Made by a program: the position numbers and the translations under genes. 64,000 nucleotides of DNA from Octopus vulgaris (taxonomy: Eukaryota), in the NCBI GenBank assembly GCA_951406725.2, contig OX597820.1, forward strand, positions 55,056,001 through 55,120,000, in the 5' to 3' direction. Below, piece by piece: positions 1-12,435 of this stretch. Position 1 is the first letter of the stretch. Each line of letters starts with the position of its first letter. The notes under the pieces were generated by a model. It ran no database searches and had not been told where the DNA came from. It saw only the letters and a list, made by a program, of their open reading frames with translations.

Positions 1-29
1 GGTATACTATACCACCTTGTCCACTACAA

Positions 30-370
30 GGCCCAGTCTTTGTTGTGGTGTGGTGGCTTGCATGTCTGAATGACCCCAAGAGTTATACCAGCAGAGCACA
101 ACCTCCTGGTAGAGTCTCTCGTGCTGGACAGGTCAAAGGATAGAGGTTAGACTAATACAGACTGCCTTTTTTCCAGAGGTAAAAATGGATATTCATGGAG
201 CTAACAATCCTATCTAGAAAAAAAGCTAAGTTACAGAATTATCAACAACAATTTGAAATCAACAAGATCTGGGTGAGTAAGTCTTCCCTCAGGGAATCAA
301 AAAAGGCAGCCTAGAGTTGAGAGTAGTGGGGTCAATGGCCTATGCACTGTAGGGAATGAAGAGCTTAAAG
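30..370 (+). mobile_element. Short RTE-LINE derivative (5' UTR-like segment joined to a 3' end-like segment)
   Basis: ttgttgtggtgtggtggcttgcatgtctgaatgaccccaagag...cctcctggtagagtctc...ggacaggtcaaagga resembles remembered RTE/Expander 5' ends; tggcctatgcactgtagggaatgaagagcttaa resembles RTE 3' ends. Confidence 0.4.
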
Positions 371-419
371 AGAATAATACCACTTTGTGCCACAATGGTG
401 TGCAATATACCAACTTGTA

Positions 420-656
420 GGGTGGCAAGCTGGCAGACTTGTTAGCACACTGGGCGAAATGCTTTGCGGTATTTCGCCTGCCTTAATGTTCTGAGTTCAA
501 ATTCTGCTGAGGTTGACTTAGCCTTTCATCCTTTTGGCGTTGATTACATAAGTACCAGTTATGCACTGGGGTCAATGTAATTGATTTAATCCCTTTGTCT
601 GTCCTTGTTTGTCCCTTCTATGTTTAGCCCCCCCCCATGGGCAATAAAGAAATAAG
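420..656 (+). mobile_element. tRNA-derived SINE, family 1 (central domain gcctttcatcctttcggggtcgataaaataagtaccag, Meta-domain-like)
   Basis: A/B-box-like head (gagttcaaatt). Related copies in the window at about 23155-23305 (+), 25770-25965 (-), 49850-50060 (-), 54645-54900 (+), 59590-59720 (-) and 61815-61960 (-). Confidence 0.75.
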
Positions 657-1999
657 TATACCAATTTGTAGTATTTGCCAACAGGGTGCATGATATCCCC
701 TCATGGTGCCTATTAAGTGTTGTACTATACCATTATGTGGTATCTATTAACAGCAATGTACTAAAGCATTTTGTGGCATACTATCTTGAAAATCTATTAC
801 TAGTAATATGCTCTGCTATTATTTACTATATCATTTTGTTGTGTGCATTAGTATGGTGTAATGTGTAGTGTCCAGTAGTATGTATAGTAATATATTGTAG
901 CATTTTGTAGTATGCAGTTTAGTTATAGCACTTGGGTACCACCTACTTAAAGATAGGTGAGGCTCAGCCATTAAAAGTTAAACATCTTTACTATTGATAG
1001 AAAGGAATAGCAAGTCCCAGAATACAAACCAACAATCTAATGTCATGTTTTGTATTCTGCTTAGCCCATCCTCAGTGCTTGCATGTGTATATGTATATAT
1101 ATGTTGATGTTTCAACATTCTATAAATGTAGATATTTTCATTACTTAATTTCATTGATTATTTGTCATATTAATTATTCTATTTCATCTTTCTTTCTGAC
1201 GTATTTGGCAACATTTTTTTACACTGTTTTTTTCCTTTTTGTCTCTTGTTATTTTGCTTTATGTGTGGGTACATACTGCTCCTTCATATAATGCCGCTCT
1301 GGTTGTCAGTATTCATAACTATGTAGGCAACCTCAGAAACGTTTACTAAAAGACCTTTCTGTATTGATTGGTCATCTTGTAAGTGGGGGCGTAAGTACAT
1401 ATGTAAGTACGTGTATATATGTGTGTATGCTTTCATATATATGCATTTATGTGTGTATGTGCTAGTATACACACACACTAGCATGCTAGTGTGCTAGTGT
1501 GTATACAGTGTTGTGTAGATAAAAAGTAACTAGAAATGACCCAGAAATGTTCTAAACGAAGGCATATTCACTTTAATAGAATACTATTGCATTTCTCTTG
1601 AAAAACTATCTTTCATGCAAGAAATAAAATTGTTTTCCAATATTTGTGTAGCACTCTGGTCTCTAATACACCAATGTGCCACTGATAGTCATGCAGTACC
1701 AATATATTTTTGTAATCTAAATGGCATATATCTAATTCAAGCATAGAATAAGAACAAAGCATTAAGTAAATGGGAAGATAGTTTTATTTCATGTGAGACT
1801 GTTCTTTAATTCTTAAGATAATTTGAAAAAGAATGCAAACTGGAGTATCATGAGGTACATAACTCATGAGTATAAAATAATTCTTATAATGTGTGGAAAC
1901 TACCTTGTCCAGAGAAAACCAATATATTCAGGTATTGAAACTACAATATATGCAGTGATAAAGAACTGATATAAAGAGTTATGGTAAACCCCAGGTTAT

Positions 2000-3330
2000 A
2001 TGATACTAGATCTGTACCTGTCACTGCCTTAGCAATTCTGAGCAGTCGCCAGCTACTCAGGACTCTCAATGGCTTTGTCTTTATCAATAGGAAGTATAAA
2101 TAGATTATTAAGGCTTCCCACATTTGAGCATACTACATAAAATTGACCATTAGCAAAGCAGTATTTCTCAAGATGTAGTCCAGCAGCAATTGACAAGGTT
2201 TTCTCTGATAGGATTTATCAATTGGCATGACAAAGTTTAGGTGCTCTATAAACTGAAGTTTCTTAAATTGAAAGAGTAAATATGTTGATATAAATGGAAT
2301 TCTGGTTCATTTGTTGCACTCAATGATATTAGTAGTCTTTTGGTACGTAACATAAGCTTCTTAACCATTTGTTTTGTGCCAGTGCATTGCCATACTGATC
2401 CAAATTATGCAGCAGCATTTTTGAGGATCCCTTTTTAGCTGAAGTCTATGTGATAGTAGAACTGAAGATTCCAATAAATTTAAAAGTTCTTCAGGGAAAG
2501 TGAACTATTTCTTTATAATCCACAATGATGGCTGTTGATTTGTAGGTGTGACTATTTCCTGGAAATACCTGCAACAGATGCCAGTTGATACTTCAGATCC
2601 AACATTTTGTTCACACATCCATTTGCAGGTTAGTTAATGATGCTGCTGGTTGAGGAACCGTATCAATCTCAATTCATCTGCTATTGTAACCATTTCAGTT
2701 GCAGGAGCTTGGTTCATAGTGCAATTACTACTGAAAAGAAGTATTCTTTTTCCAACTTATAATAAATTTTTGGCAAAATTCTTGAACAGCTGATCCCTGA
2801 AAATGTTGATTCTCATGTTTGCAGCCATAAGAATCAACATTTTCAGAGATCAGCTTGAAGATTTTAAATTTTAGTCCTAAAAGATTGCAATTTAAAATAA
2901 GCACAGGTTTCATTAGTTTTTGTTCTTTTGGGAATTGCTGGTAAAGTCCAACAGAAGATATCTGACAATACTATTTGCTACTCTCCATATAGGAAATCTA
3001 TTTTCACACAAATCCTGCAATGTCCTGCCCAGAACCTCTAGAGCTCTCTTGTGAGCCATCATCCATTCATCCCAGATCTTTATTTGGCATTCTTTATTTG
3101 TGTCCAAATTCAAGAGGAATTTGAAAGCAGAATGTGCTGTTTGACCCCCATCCTCCCTAGAAAAGAGTATGGTTGCAATACTTGATGAAACAACTGCAAA
3201 AGTTAGGCTTTTATGTTGATAGATTTTGTCTGATCAAGAATGTCTTTCTAATTTCACCATAGACATCAAAGAAGAAAATTCTATAGATTCCAGTTTCTTC
3301 TAATGAACTTGTAAAAAAAAAAAAAAAAAG
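2000..3330 (-). mobile_element. Decayed Helitron Rep/Helicase (PIF1 helicase) fragment
   Basis: Minus-strand peptides CQIKIWDEWMMAHKRALEVLGRTLQDL (PIF1 IIWDECTMAHKxALEALDRTLQD), GQTAHSAFKF (GRTAHSAFK) and a degraded FFFD..G..KTFLI Walker A; many stops and frameshifts. Confidence 0.85.
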
Positions 3331-6300
3331 AACAGACTACTCTCTAATATGCTCTGAGTTTGCGTTCTTTATCATTGATCTATGCTATAAATGTGTCAAC
3401 ATGAGATGATGCTTCTTTCTATTGTAAGATTATTGACTATAGATTAAAAGTAGGTTAAATGAGCATCTATTTTTGAACTTCTTGATCACTCATGCATGAA
3501 TACCGATTTGTCTGTCTGGTAAATGAGCTTCTTGATTTTTAATCGAAGTCGGTTCACTTGACTTATACAGCCAGTTGTCTTGAGAAAGGCATGACTGTCA
3601 CGAAATCTAATGTGCATTTCACTTTCTTGCATTTACGTTGGAAATTGTTGCTGCTGCTAGCACCATCATCACTACTTCTACTATCACTAACCTGCCATAA
3701 AAGCTATAGCCTTTTTTTTTTTTTACTTGCTGCATCAAGAGAGAGAAAGAGAATGTATATAAGAAAGACCAACAGACAGAATTTGTTTGTGGGTCTTACA
3801 TGTAAAACACCTTGCTTGCAAGTATTGAAAATTAACTTTCCAATGCCATCACTGTTTATAATGGTTTACTTACCATTAAAAATAAGCTTTGGCTCACCTT
3901 TTTTTTCGTTTCCTTTTTTTAGAATGTAAGCATCTGATTAAAAAAAAATATCTATTAACTTTATAACCCGGCTTGATCGTTTGGCTTAGTTTTATCTATT
4001 AGTTGGTTGGCTGTTTGATTAGGTAATTGATTGAAATTTCACCATCAGGCTGTAACCTTCAATTTTCAGAGAGTTATTCTTAAATGCTATCTTTCTGTCA
4101 GTGAGAAATGTTCTTTCTATGAGTTTTTAATGAGCAGATGACATGTGGCAGTGGATTTCTGGTGGAAACATGATAGAAGAGGGCTGTTGATATCAGCTGT
4201 TGCTACAATAAAGAAGATATCCTTCACTATATAGTAGACATCTCATATTGTATGGCATCTATAATTTACTATATGATAGATAAAATATATATGCTTGCCA
4301 AATCACTTTTTTCTCTCATTTGTTCATTTAACAACCACATGGTTTCTTGTTTACTCCTACTGCATGGCACCATGGCACTTGGGCAAGTGTTTTCTACTAT
4401 AGCCCCAGGATGACCAAAGCCTTGTTAGTGGATTTGGCAGGTGGGAACTGAAAGAACTCTCTCTATATATATAAAACAAGAGGTAAAAGGGATTAATAAA
4501 TCCAGGCAGATATCTAGAAAACAGTCAGTGTTAAGTGAACTTAGTTAACTTTAACACACTATCAGATACGATACCATTAAATGGTATTAACATATGGTTG
4601 GGTGTCTCCTTGCCCAGACTTTGCATGGTTGTGTTGTAAACAAGAATCACCATCATACAAATAGTGTCCTTCCATTTCCAATCTTGCATCTCAGTGAATT
4701 CCATCTGACCTATGCAAATATGGAATAGTGGATGTTATAAGAGTATGCTGGTCATGACATTGGTACAACAACACGATAATGATAGTAATGTCAATGTAAA
4801 TGGTATTGATGGTAGTGAAGCCAACAGTGAAGTGGAATAGGTCTGGTTATGCAGAACAGATCTACACTGACTGAGCAAACTTATAGAACTTAGGTGTGAT
4901 CTACATGTTTATTGTGTCAGGTAATAATTTGATGTGATGTTGATGATAGTGGTAGAAATGGTGGTGATGATGATGATGATGATGTTGCAGCTAATTATAT
5001 TATCAATAATGGTGCTTTCTTAATCCACTTAAGACTAATTATCTTGATCATCATGCCGCTTAATTTTGGATTAGTTTAGTTTATCGACCTCAAATTGTAT
5101 TGAATTCAAACAAGATAATTGCTATGCTATGAGATTGGTGATCACGCCAGTAGTGGAGTGTGATAAAGCTGGCAGAAATGATGGTGGTAGTAGAGGTAAT
5201 GAAGATGGCGGTGTGTTGGTATAAAGAGATGGTTGTGGTAGTGATGCTACAGTGTTGGTGGTGGTTTTAATGATGATTATGATGATGATCATGTGAGTAC
5301 CACAATTGGTGATGAAGATTATGATGATTAGAACAATGGTGGTGATGATAATTATTCAAACTGGGCAAAGTATAAGACTGTGATATAACAGGAGAGACCC
5401 ACAAGTGATCATCATCATCATCATAATGTCCACTTTTCCATGCTTGCATAGGTTACAGTTTACTAAGGCAGATTTTCTAAGGACAGGTGCCCTTCCTGTT
5501 GCTAACTCTCACCTGTTTCCAAAGGAGACAGCATTTCCACATGGCTAGAAATTAATGACACTGTTCGTTTGACAGTGACATGCATTGCAACTATCACTAT
5601 ATAATAGGTTTTTAATGTCTGTCTACCATGCTTGGAGTCATCACATATTTTGAAGTACTTCTCATACTTGTATATTTCACTTTTGGCTTCATGGCAGTAT
5701 GTGTGTGTGTATTACGTAGATTGAATATATAAGCATTATAGAATTAAAATGTGTGAGTATTTATAAAAACTTATTAAGCTATCATGTTACTCAGTTTTAT
5801 AATAGCAAGCTTTGAATGACACCAACTAACTGATGTATCATAAAACACAGAGAGGAATTTCTATTCATTTCTGTTTGAAGCATTCAATATATTTTGAGAA
5901 AAATCTTCCCTTAGTGCATCTAGTGTATACTCGTATGTTTAATGCCAGCTAGTCCATGTCATCTGTAAAGTCTATAAAGCTATATAGGTGTGTGCATGTG
6001 TATCTAGCTACACACACTAATATATACCAATACACTCTGTAAAGTGGCTGCTATTAGAAAGGGCACCCCTAGAAATCATGCCAAAAGGAAATGCATGAGT
6101 GAGATGTGGTCCCTGACCTGGTAGGAAGATAGTGACTCTGAATAAAACTGACTTGGACCCATCCAACACATGCCAGCATGGATGAAAACAGAATAAGGAT
6201 GATGGATATGTGTGTATGGGTGTGTATTACTTGGAAATATGACTGTGCTCTATTTTTTCTTTTTCTTTATGAAGTATTTTCTTTTCTTTTTTACCATATT

Positions 6301-6819
6301 CTCTTATGACTCCTTTTATAGTTTCCTTGTAATACTGCAGTTCCTAGGGCCATCTTCATTTTTAGTTCTTCACTTATCCATGAATGAAATAATGTGAGTT
6401 ACAGCCATTTCATAGTTGATAGTGGCAGTAAAGTTTGATGTTTTGTTAATGGTGAAAGTGTCACCAGACTTGAATTCTTATTCAAATATGATATGTTTCA
6501 GACCACATTAATGAATATGTTGATGTGTTCTCCTTTTCAGACAGTAGGGAAATTTGTGGTGGGGAAGGTTTACTGTTCTTAATGTTAGTTTGGTGTATGG
6601 TGATGAGTTGTTGGTGAGGATTATGTTGATGTTATTTAGCAGGTTAAACCGCAATGTACAGACCCCACGTGGGCTCATAATAGTAAGGATTTTATTTTTA
6701 TTTAACTCATGATCCTGTCACCATTTCTGGGAGAGTGTGTTGAGGTGGCTCATAGTTGTACCTAGGACTACATTCAATGTCTCTCTTTTTTTGTTTTTTA
6801 AGACAGTAGAGTAGTTTAA

Positions 6820-7021
6820 CCCTTTCTGTTGAAATACACCACCTTTGTTTCAAATAATGTTAGAAATAAAAATTTAACGAAAATAATTGTCAGGTAAGTT
6901 GATACTTGTAACATAAATTAAAATGAAATTTTGATGGAGGACATTAATTTAAATCACTTTAAAATTTGGAGCTTGTATTAAAGTACCAGGGTCAGTTTCA
7001 GTTGGGTTGGTATCAAAAGGG
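6820..7021. mobile_element. piggyBac-type MITE
   Basis: TTAA|CCCTTT ... AAAGGG|TTAA ends, with TTAA at 6816-6819 and 7022-7025; a related decayed copy lies at about 19360-19570. Confidence 0.65.
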
Positions 7022-7479
7022 TTAAGGGAGATCCACCTATTTTTAGCAGGTCGACTGGTCACATATCACTCCTTTATTTTGCTGTCACTAACTGTGATGT
7101 TTCAGTGAATCTTGTTTTTTGTTACTTTGTTTCAATAAAATGTTTCCATTTCATTTACTGTATTGTAAGGGGAATTTTTAAAAATATTGCCTTATTTAGG
7201 TTATTTCTGCTCATATATGATGTTGTTTTTCCCTAAGTTCACTCTGATTGAGTAGATATATGATCAAAGGTCTTCCAGCCTTGACCATCCTATCTTTTTC
7301 AGTCATAGTGTGCTCTAGACTACAATGTCCAGTGTATCTTCCTTCTTTTTAAAATAGTAGGATGTTTGAGAGTAATTTAGCTGCTATTTGTAAAATATCA
7401 AGCATATATGCATCTATATCTGTTTATGTATCTAAACTTTCTATCCCTCCATTAACTATTCCTGAAAAACCAGATAGTC

Positions 7480-8800
7480 TATACAGAGTTGACATTCTTT
7501 TTACTTTATATAACTGTAGCAACATAGAACTCGAGAGGAACCAAAAAAAAAAAAAAAAGCTTACAAATGTCTCCAAAAGTATAGGACTGTCTATAACATT
7601 TGAATATAATTGTGAGGTAGCTAATTTTCTGAATGTAACATTTGAACTTAATATAGACCTATATTGTCTGTATCATAAACCCAGCAAGAATATGCAATAT
7701 GTTAACAAACATTCAGACCACCCTAGAGCAATAATTAAATCAACTATTAAAACAACTTCATCTAGAATATCCAAACTTTCTGTTGAGGAGATTTTCTCTC
7801 AAAACACAGACTACTACATTCCAGCTTTAGCAAGCATCATATATACTAAAAAGACTTTTATATCCAAGACAACAGCAATACAAAAATGTGTAAGGACTAC
7901 ACTCAATAGTAATAAAACATGTCAAAATAAGTTATGTCAGAGAAATGTTATGTGGTTCAATTTGCCCTTTCAGAATTCATGTAACCTTGGATATACTTGG
8001 AATTTTCTTTGGAGCATTGGAGAAGCTTTCTTCCCACCCTAATACATATAGTAAAATCTTTGATATACAGTGAAATTTGTGTACTCATAATCTAGATGAT
8101 AATATAGCAGCAATTAACAGTATATAATTAAATATAATCTAGCTGATAATATAGCAGCAATTAACAGTATATAATTAAATAATATTTGTAATAGGCAATG
8201 TGCCTTTACTTGTGTAGTAATAATTACAATCCTATATCCTCTGTTAATATTATATCTCAATCTAGTATAGATAACACTATGACAGTTATGCTTAGTAATA
8301 GTAGTAATAATGCTGATACAATAAATAATGATTCTTTTGATAATATCCCAAACAGCATGTGTAACTCTAGTGATCTTACCAAGTGCCCTTTAAATAACCA
8401 ATGTCTTAAAATTTGGTATATAAATGTTTAGTTATAATGCCAGATAAAACACATTAATGTACAGGTGCTATTGCATCCAAATTTAAATTTAGAATACCTT
8501 ATCATGTACATTCCTTTAACACTAAAAGAAAAGTACTTAGCATCTCACTAGCTAAATATATCTGGGGCTTCAAAGTGGGGAATATTAGTTGATATCATGG
8601 TCAGTAATGCATACTGCACTTCTGTACAAAGGGAGCAAGGGTAGTTGCAACCTGTGTTTTAGAAATCTTTAAATGGAGGCACTAGAAATCCTTAAATGTA
8701 AATTCAATCTAATTCATAAATGTAAGAAACTATTTATTTGGTATTCCTACCAATTCAATAAAGCATTCTTAAAAATTCCAGTTAACTAACTTAATTGAAT
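7480..8800 (+). mobile_element. Decayed Penelope-like retroelement (RT C-terminal part plus GIY-YIG endonuclease)
   Basis: ORF 7362-8042 contains GLSITFEYNCEVANFLNVTFEL..YHKPS...YVNKHSDHPRAIIK and RNVMWFNLPF. Downstream come a CN..KCPLNNQCL linker and STSLAKYIW / CNLC endonuclease-region motifs typical of Penelope-like elements; frameshifted. Confidence 0.82.
8091..8181. repeat. 47-bp tandem duplication inside the Penelope-like relic
   Basis: tctag(a/c)tgataatatagcagcaattaacagtatataattaaata occurs at 8091 and 8138. Confidence 0.9.
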
Positions 8801-9530
8801 TAGATAATGTTCTTTTTGTTAACTTTCATGTTATCACTGGTGAATCTATAAATATACTCCTTATTTCAAAATGTTTTGTTTCAATAATTTCTAACATAGC
8901 TAATCAATTTAGTGAGTTCAACCTTAAATGATCTAAGCCTGTCTGACCATACACATATTGATCACATAATCTATAATCTGTACCTTTATTTTAGCTTCTT
9001 GCTCTTTGTTTACAATAGATTTAACGTTCGGGAACTAATACAACAATTTGTCTCTATAGTCTCCCTACTTGAGTGACTTTCTGGTAGCATATCAACCTGC
9101 TGGTTATAATTTATGACATCGTCTTCTGCACCCTTCTCTTTTTACTTGACTAAATTTCAGTAACGAAACCAACCGGTATTTATTTTCTATGTTACCGTTG
9201 TAAGTAGACTCAAGGGATGAACTTTCTTTTAATATCTAATGCTTTTATATAATTATTATATGTATAACCCATCATGTTGATTAATAAAAAAAATCCTACT
9301 AATTAAGACTGTATTACCATCATCTTCATTCCTTTGTTTACTTTTATACTTTGTGGTGAATGTACCAACCTCATAACTGGTACATTTCCCCATATTTTCA
9401 GTTTATATGGAATGTTATCCAAATTAACTGAATGAATGCTTGCTACTGATTTTCTTCCCTTACATTCTATTAGCCAAGATTTCACATGGTGTGCTGAGGT
9501 ACTCAGCTGGATTTCCTACCTACCTACCTA

Positions 9531-9571
<41 letters not shown>

Positions 9572-9650
9572 ATAAATATTAGGGAATAAATCCAAATTTA
9601 CAGGGAAAAAAATCAGATATAGGATTAAATCCAATTTTATAGTAAAATAT

Positions 9651-9944
9651 TATATAATATTAATTCGAGACAAAACCACTATTTTGCAAAACAAATAAGG
9701 AAAGACTTAATCAATACATAAAAATTTTTAATATAAAGAAATAAACCGCCACTACAATCGTTTCATGTCTTCAATGACATTTGTCAGGTGGATTTTCGAT
9801 CTCCTAATCTGTTTTAATTTATGAAGACATGAAACGATTGTAGTGGCGGTTTATTTCTTTATATTAAAAATTTTTATGTATTGATTAAGTCTTTCCTTAT
9901 TTGTTTTGCAAAATAGTGGTTTTGTCTCGAATTAATATTATATA
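9651..9944. repeat. Perfect 123-bp inverted repeat with 48-bp spacer (Penelope-type inverted terminal repeat)
   Basis: 9651-9773 is the reverse complement of 9822-9944; the whole element (about 9570-9944) lies between two (TA)n tracts. Confidence 0.9.
9749..9791 (-). ncRNA. Minimal type-I hammerhead ribozyme fold (core variant)
   Basis: Minus strand reads CCAC CUGACAA AUGUC auugaa GACAU GAAA CGAUUG UA GUGG: stem I CCAC/GUGG, stem II AUGUC/GACAU, GAAAC, near-palindromic stem III and GUA cleavage triplet. CUGACAA deviates from the CUGANGA consensus. Confidence 0.65.
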
Positions 9945-9962
9945 TATATATGCATAAATTAA

Positions 9963-11188
9963 CAGGGGTTGGACAAAATAATTGGAATACGTAGAGTCAA
10001 TGCATATTTATTTAATATAGAGTTGGTCCTCCTTTAGCTTTCTGAACAGCTTCAATGCATCTAGCTTCCTGACTTCATTGAGAGGAATCTTGAGCCATTC
10101 TTCCTGCAAAATCTGCTCCAGCTGTTGCAGACATGACAGTGGAGAGTAACAACTTCTAACTTATTGCTCCAAAATGTACCACAGATGCTCAATATTAAGA
10201 TCTGGAGATTAAGGGGGCCACTCCATGTGTTGTAGCTCATTACTATTCTCTTCATACCAATTCTTAACCACATGAGAGGTGTGTATTGGAGCATTGTCAT
10301 CTTGGAATGATGTCTGGATCATGGGAAGGACTTGATTTCCCAAAATATTCAGATAATCATTGTTGTTGATCCTACTAGAGAAGGCAACTATTGGACCAAG
10401 AGAATTCCAAGAAACAGCTGCCCAAACCATCACAAACCCTCCTCTGTGCTTCACTGTAGGAAGAAGGCAGTCAGAATAAAAAGCTTCTCCAGGATGCCTC
10501 CACACATAAACTTGCCCTGTAGTGGGGAAAAAAGAAAAACTGGACTTGTCAGAGAATATTACTCTCTTCCATTGGACTGTCAACCAGCCCTTGTGATCTC
10601 TGCACCAGTTTAGCCTTTTCTGAATGTTTTGATGAGAAGCAGAGGTTTCCTGATGGCAGCTCTTCCATGATATTTGGCTTTATTGAATTCACGGTGAACA
10701 GTTTTGGTTGAGACTGGGCCAGTCAGATGTTGATTCAACTCTGTAGTCACTTTAGAGGTAGTTGTCTGGTGATTTTTCATCACAATGCAATTCAACACTC
10801 ATCGGTCTCTTTCAGTGAGCTTCAAAGTTCTGCCAGACTTACTCCTCCTGCTGGAGGTTTTGCCCTGCTTCCCAGTTTCACACATGGTCCTTGATATAGT
10901 AGCTCTGGAAAAACCAAGGAGTTCAGCTGTTCTGGTGATGGAAGCTCCTGCTATTTGAACTCCAACAATTTGCCCGTTTTTGAACTCAGTGAGGTCATGC
11001 ATCTTTGCTTAATTTATACCATGATCTGAAAAAGAGATAGAAATAATCATTAAATTAGATAAATAGAAACATCTGCAATAAAAAAAAAACCACTCACAAT
11101 GAAATTTGGATGGATATTCGTAGTATAATGGCTCACTGAAATATTGGAGTTAAATTTCTACTGTTCCAATTATTTTGTCCAACCCCTG
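9963..11188 (-). mobile_element. Tc1-family DNA transposon, full length, transposase pseudogenised
   Basis: Perfect 25-bp TIRs caggggttggacaaaataattggaa (9963-9987, inverted at 11164-11188), with TA on the right flank. Transposase pieces: HTH MHDLTEFKNGQIVG...TAELLGFSRATISR (11002-10799), WKRVIFSDKSSF, FQDDNAPIH and WPP*SPDLNIEHLW, with in-frame stops. Confidence 0.95.
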
Positions 11189-11235
11189 TATGTATGTGTA
11201 TGTATATGTGTGTGTGTGTATATATATATATATAT

Positions 11236-11375
11236 GGCGTTAGGAAGGGCATCCAGCAGTAGAAACACTGCCAGATCAGACTGGAGCCTGGTGCAGCCCC
11301 TGGCTTCCCAGACCCCGGTCGAACCGTCCAACCCGTGCTAGCACGGAAAACGGACATTAAACGATGATGATGATA
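11236..11375 (+). mobile_element. SINE/RTE-tail repeat, family 2 (ggcgttaggaagggcatccagc...aacccatgccagcatggaaa..ggacgttaaa(tga)n)
   Basis: Many related copies in the window at about 24600-24760 (-), 29085-29350 (-), 35550-35705 (+), 36155-36350 (-), 37190-37625 (+), 38950-39525 (-, two adjacent), 42455-42735 (+), 47860-48160 (+), 50345-50570 (-), 51620-51810 (+) and 59755-59885 (+); most end in a (TGA)n tail. Confidence 0.85.
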
Positions 11376-11779
11376 TATGTACATATATATATATACTTTT
11401 TATTTGTGGGCTAACCAACACTTCCATGTTGCATGCACGAACAATTGAGAAGCTCCCCTCTCATGAAACCAAATATTAGCGTGCACGTGTGTGAGTTTGC
11501 TCGTGCAGTTATATTTCTATTTAGAAAAGAATATGGTATTTGCAAAACACATTTCAATGGAAACTTGGAGTGTGTATTGTTTAAAATATTTAAATCTGTA
11601 ATTTTGAAGTATGAAAATCTAATGAAGTTCTCTATATAATTAGGGCTCTCATAAAGCTGCAGGGGTTCTGGAGTTTCCACCTGTCATCAACTACACTACA
11701 TTCTCACTTGTTACTTTGAAGGCATCTTTTATTCTATAAACTTAATAGTGTGAAGGTGGACAATCTTCTTTTTCAGTTT

Positions 11780-12150
11780 TGATTGTCATTTTCTTTTATT
11801 GTCATCAATTTCTTCTCTTGTCATTTCCTTTTGTTGCATTTAGTTGTCATCATCTTTTTTTTACTGTTGTTTTCTCCTTTTGTCATCTTCCTCTTTTTAT
11901 TTTTTTATGTAATTTTCTTTTGCCATTTTTTTTTTTGGTCATTGTCTTCTGTCATTGCCATCTTCTGTTATCATCTTCGGCTGTCATTGTCTTCTGTTAT
12001 CATCTTCTGTCATCATTCACCATCTTCTGCTTTCATTGTCTTCTGTTGTTATCTATTGACTTTGTTTTCTAGTCATCTTCATATTCTTAATAATATCTCA
12101 ACTGTTATAATCTTCACGTGTCTTCTGTCACTGACTCCTTTTTCTCTTCT
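11780..12150. repeat. Degenerate pyrimidine-rich tandem repeat (tgtcatcttc-like units)
   Basis: Recurring tgtcat/tcttc units; this explains the two low-complexity F/L/C ORFs. Confidence 0.7.
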
Positions 12151-12398
12151 CCAAATTTTTATCTCTGTAAAGGGGTCATATTTTATATAATTAGAGAATG
12201 GTGCATAAGTTAGACTGAGTACCTCAGATTAATAGAACAAACATTTTAAACTTCTGTTCATGATTGGAAAATATTTTGATGTATTTTTCTTTCCATCACT
12301 CATTAAAAAATTTCAAACATAATTCTAGATCTTTAGAGTGAAAAATAAATAAATATATAAAGCTTTACTAAAAAAAAGAAAAATTTATTTAAAATATA

Positions 12399-12435
<37 letters not shown>

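Noticed and set aside
420-520. tRNA gene
   Set aside because: A/B-box-like motifs only, no cloverleaf; this is a SINE head.
1327-1378. Exon-like segment atgtag|GCAACC...CATCTT|gtaagt (52 nt)
   Set aside because: Not a multiple of 3, no stop-free reading ends in the phase 2 needed by exon A, and no RUFY-like peptide; unsupported without RNA data.
7362-8042. 226-aa ORF as a host gene
   Set aside because: It is the RT C-terminal part of a decayed Penelope-like element; its N-terminus comes from flanking repeat sequence.
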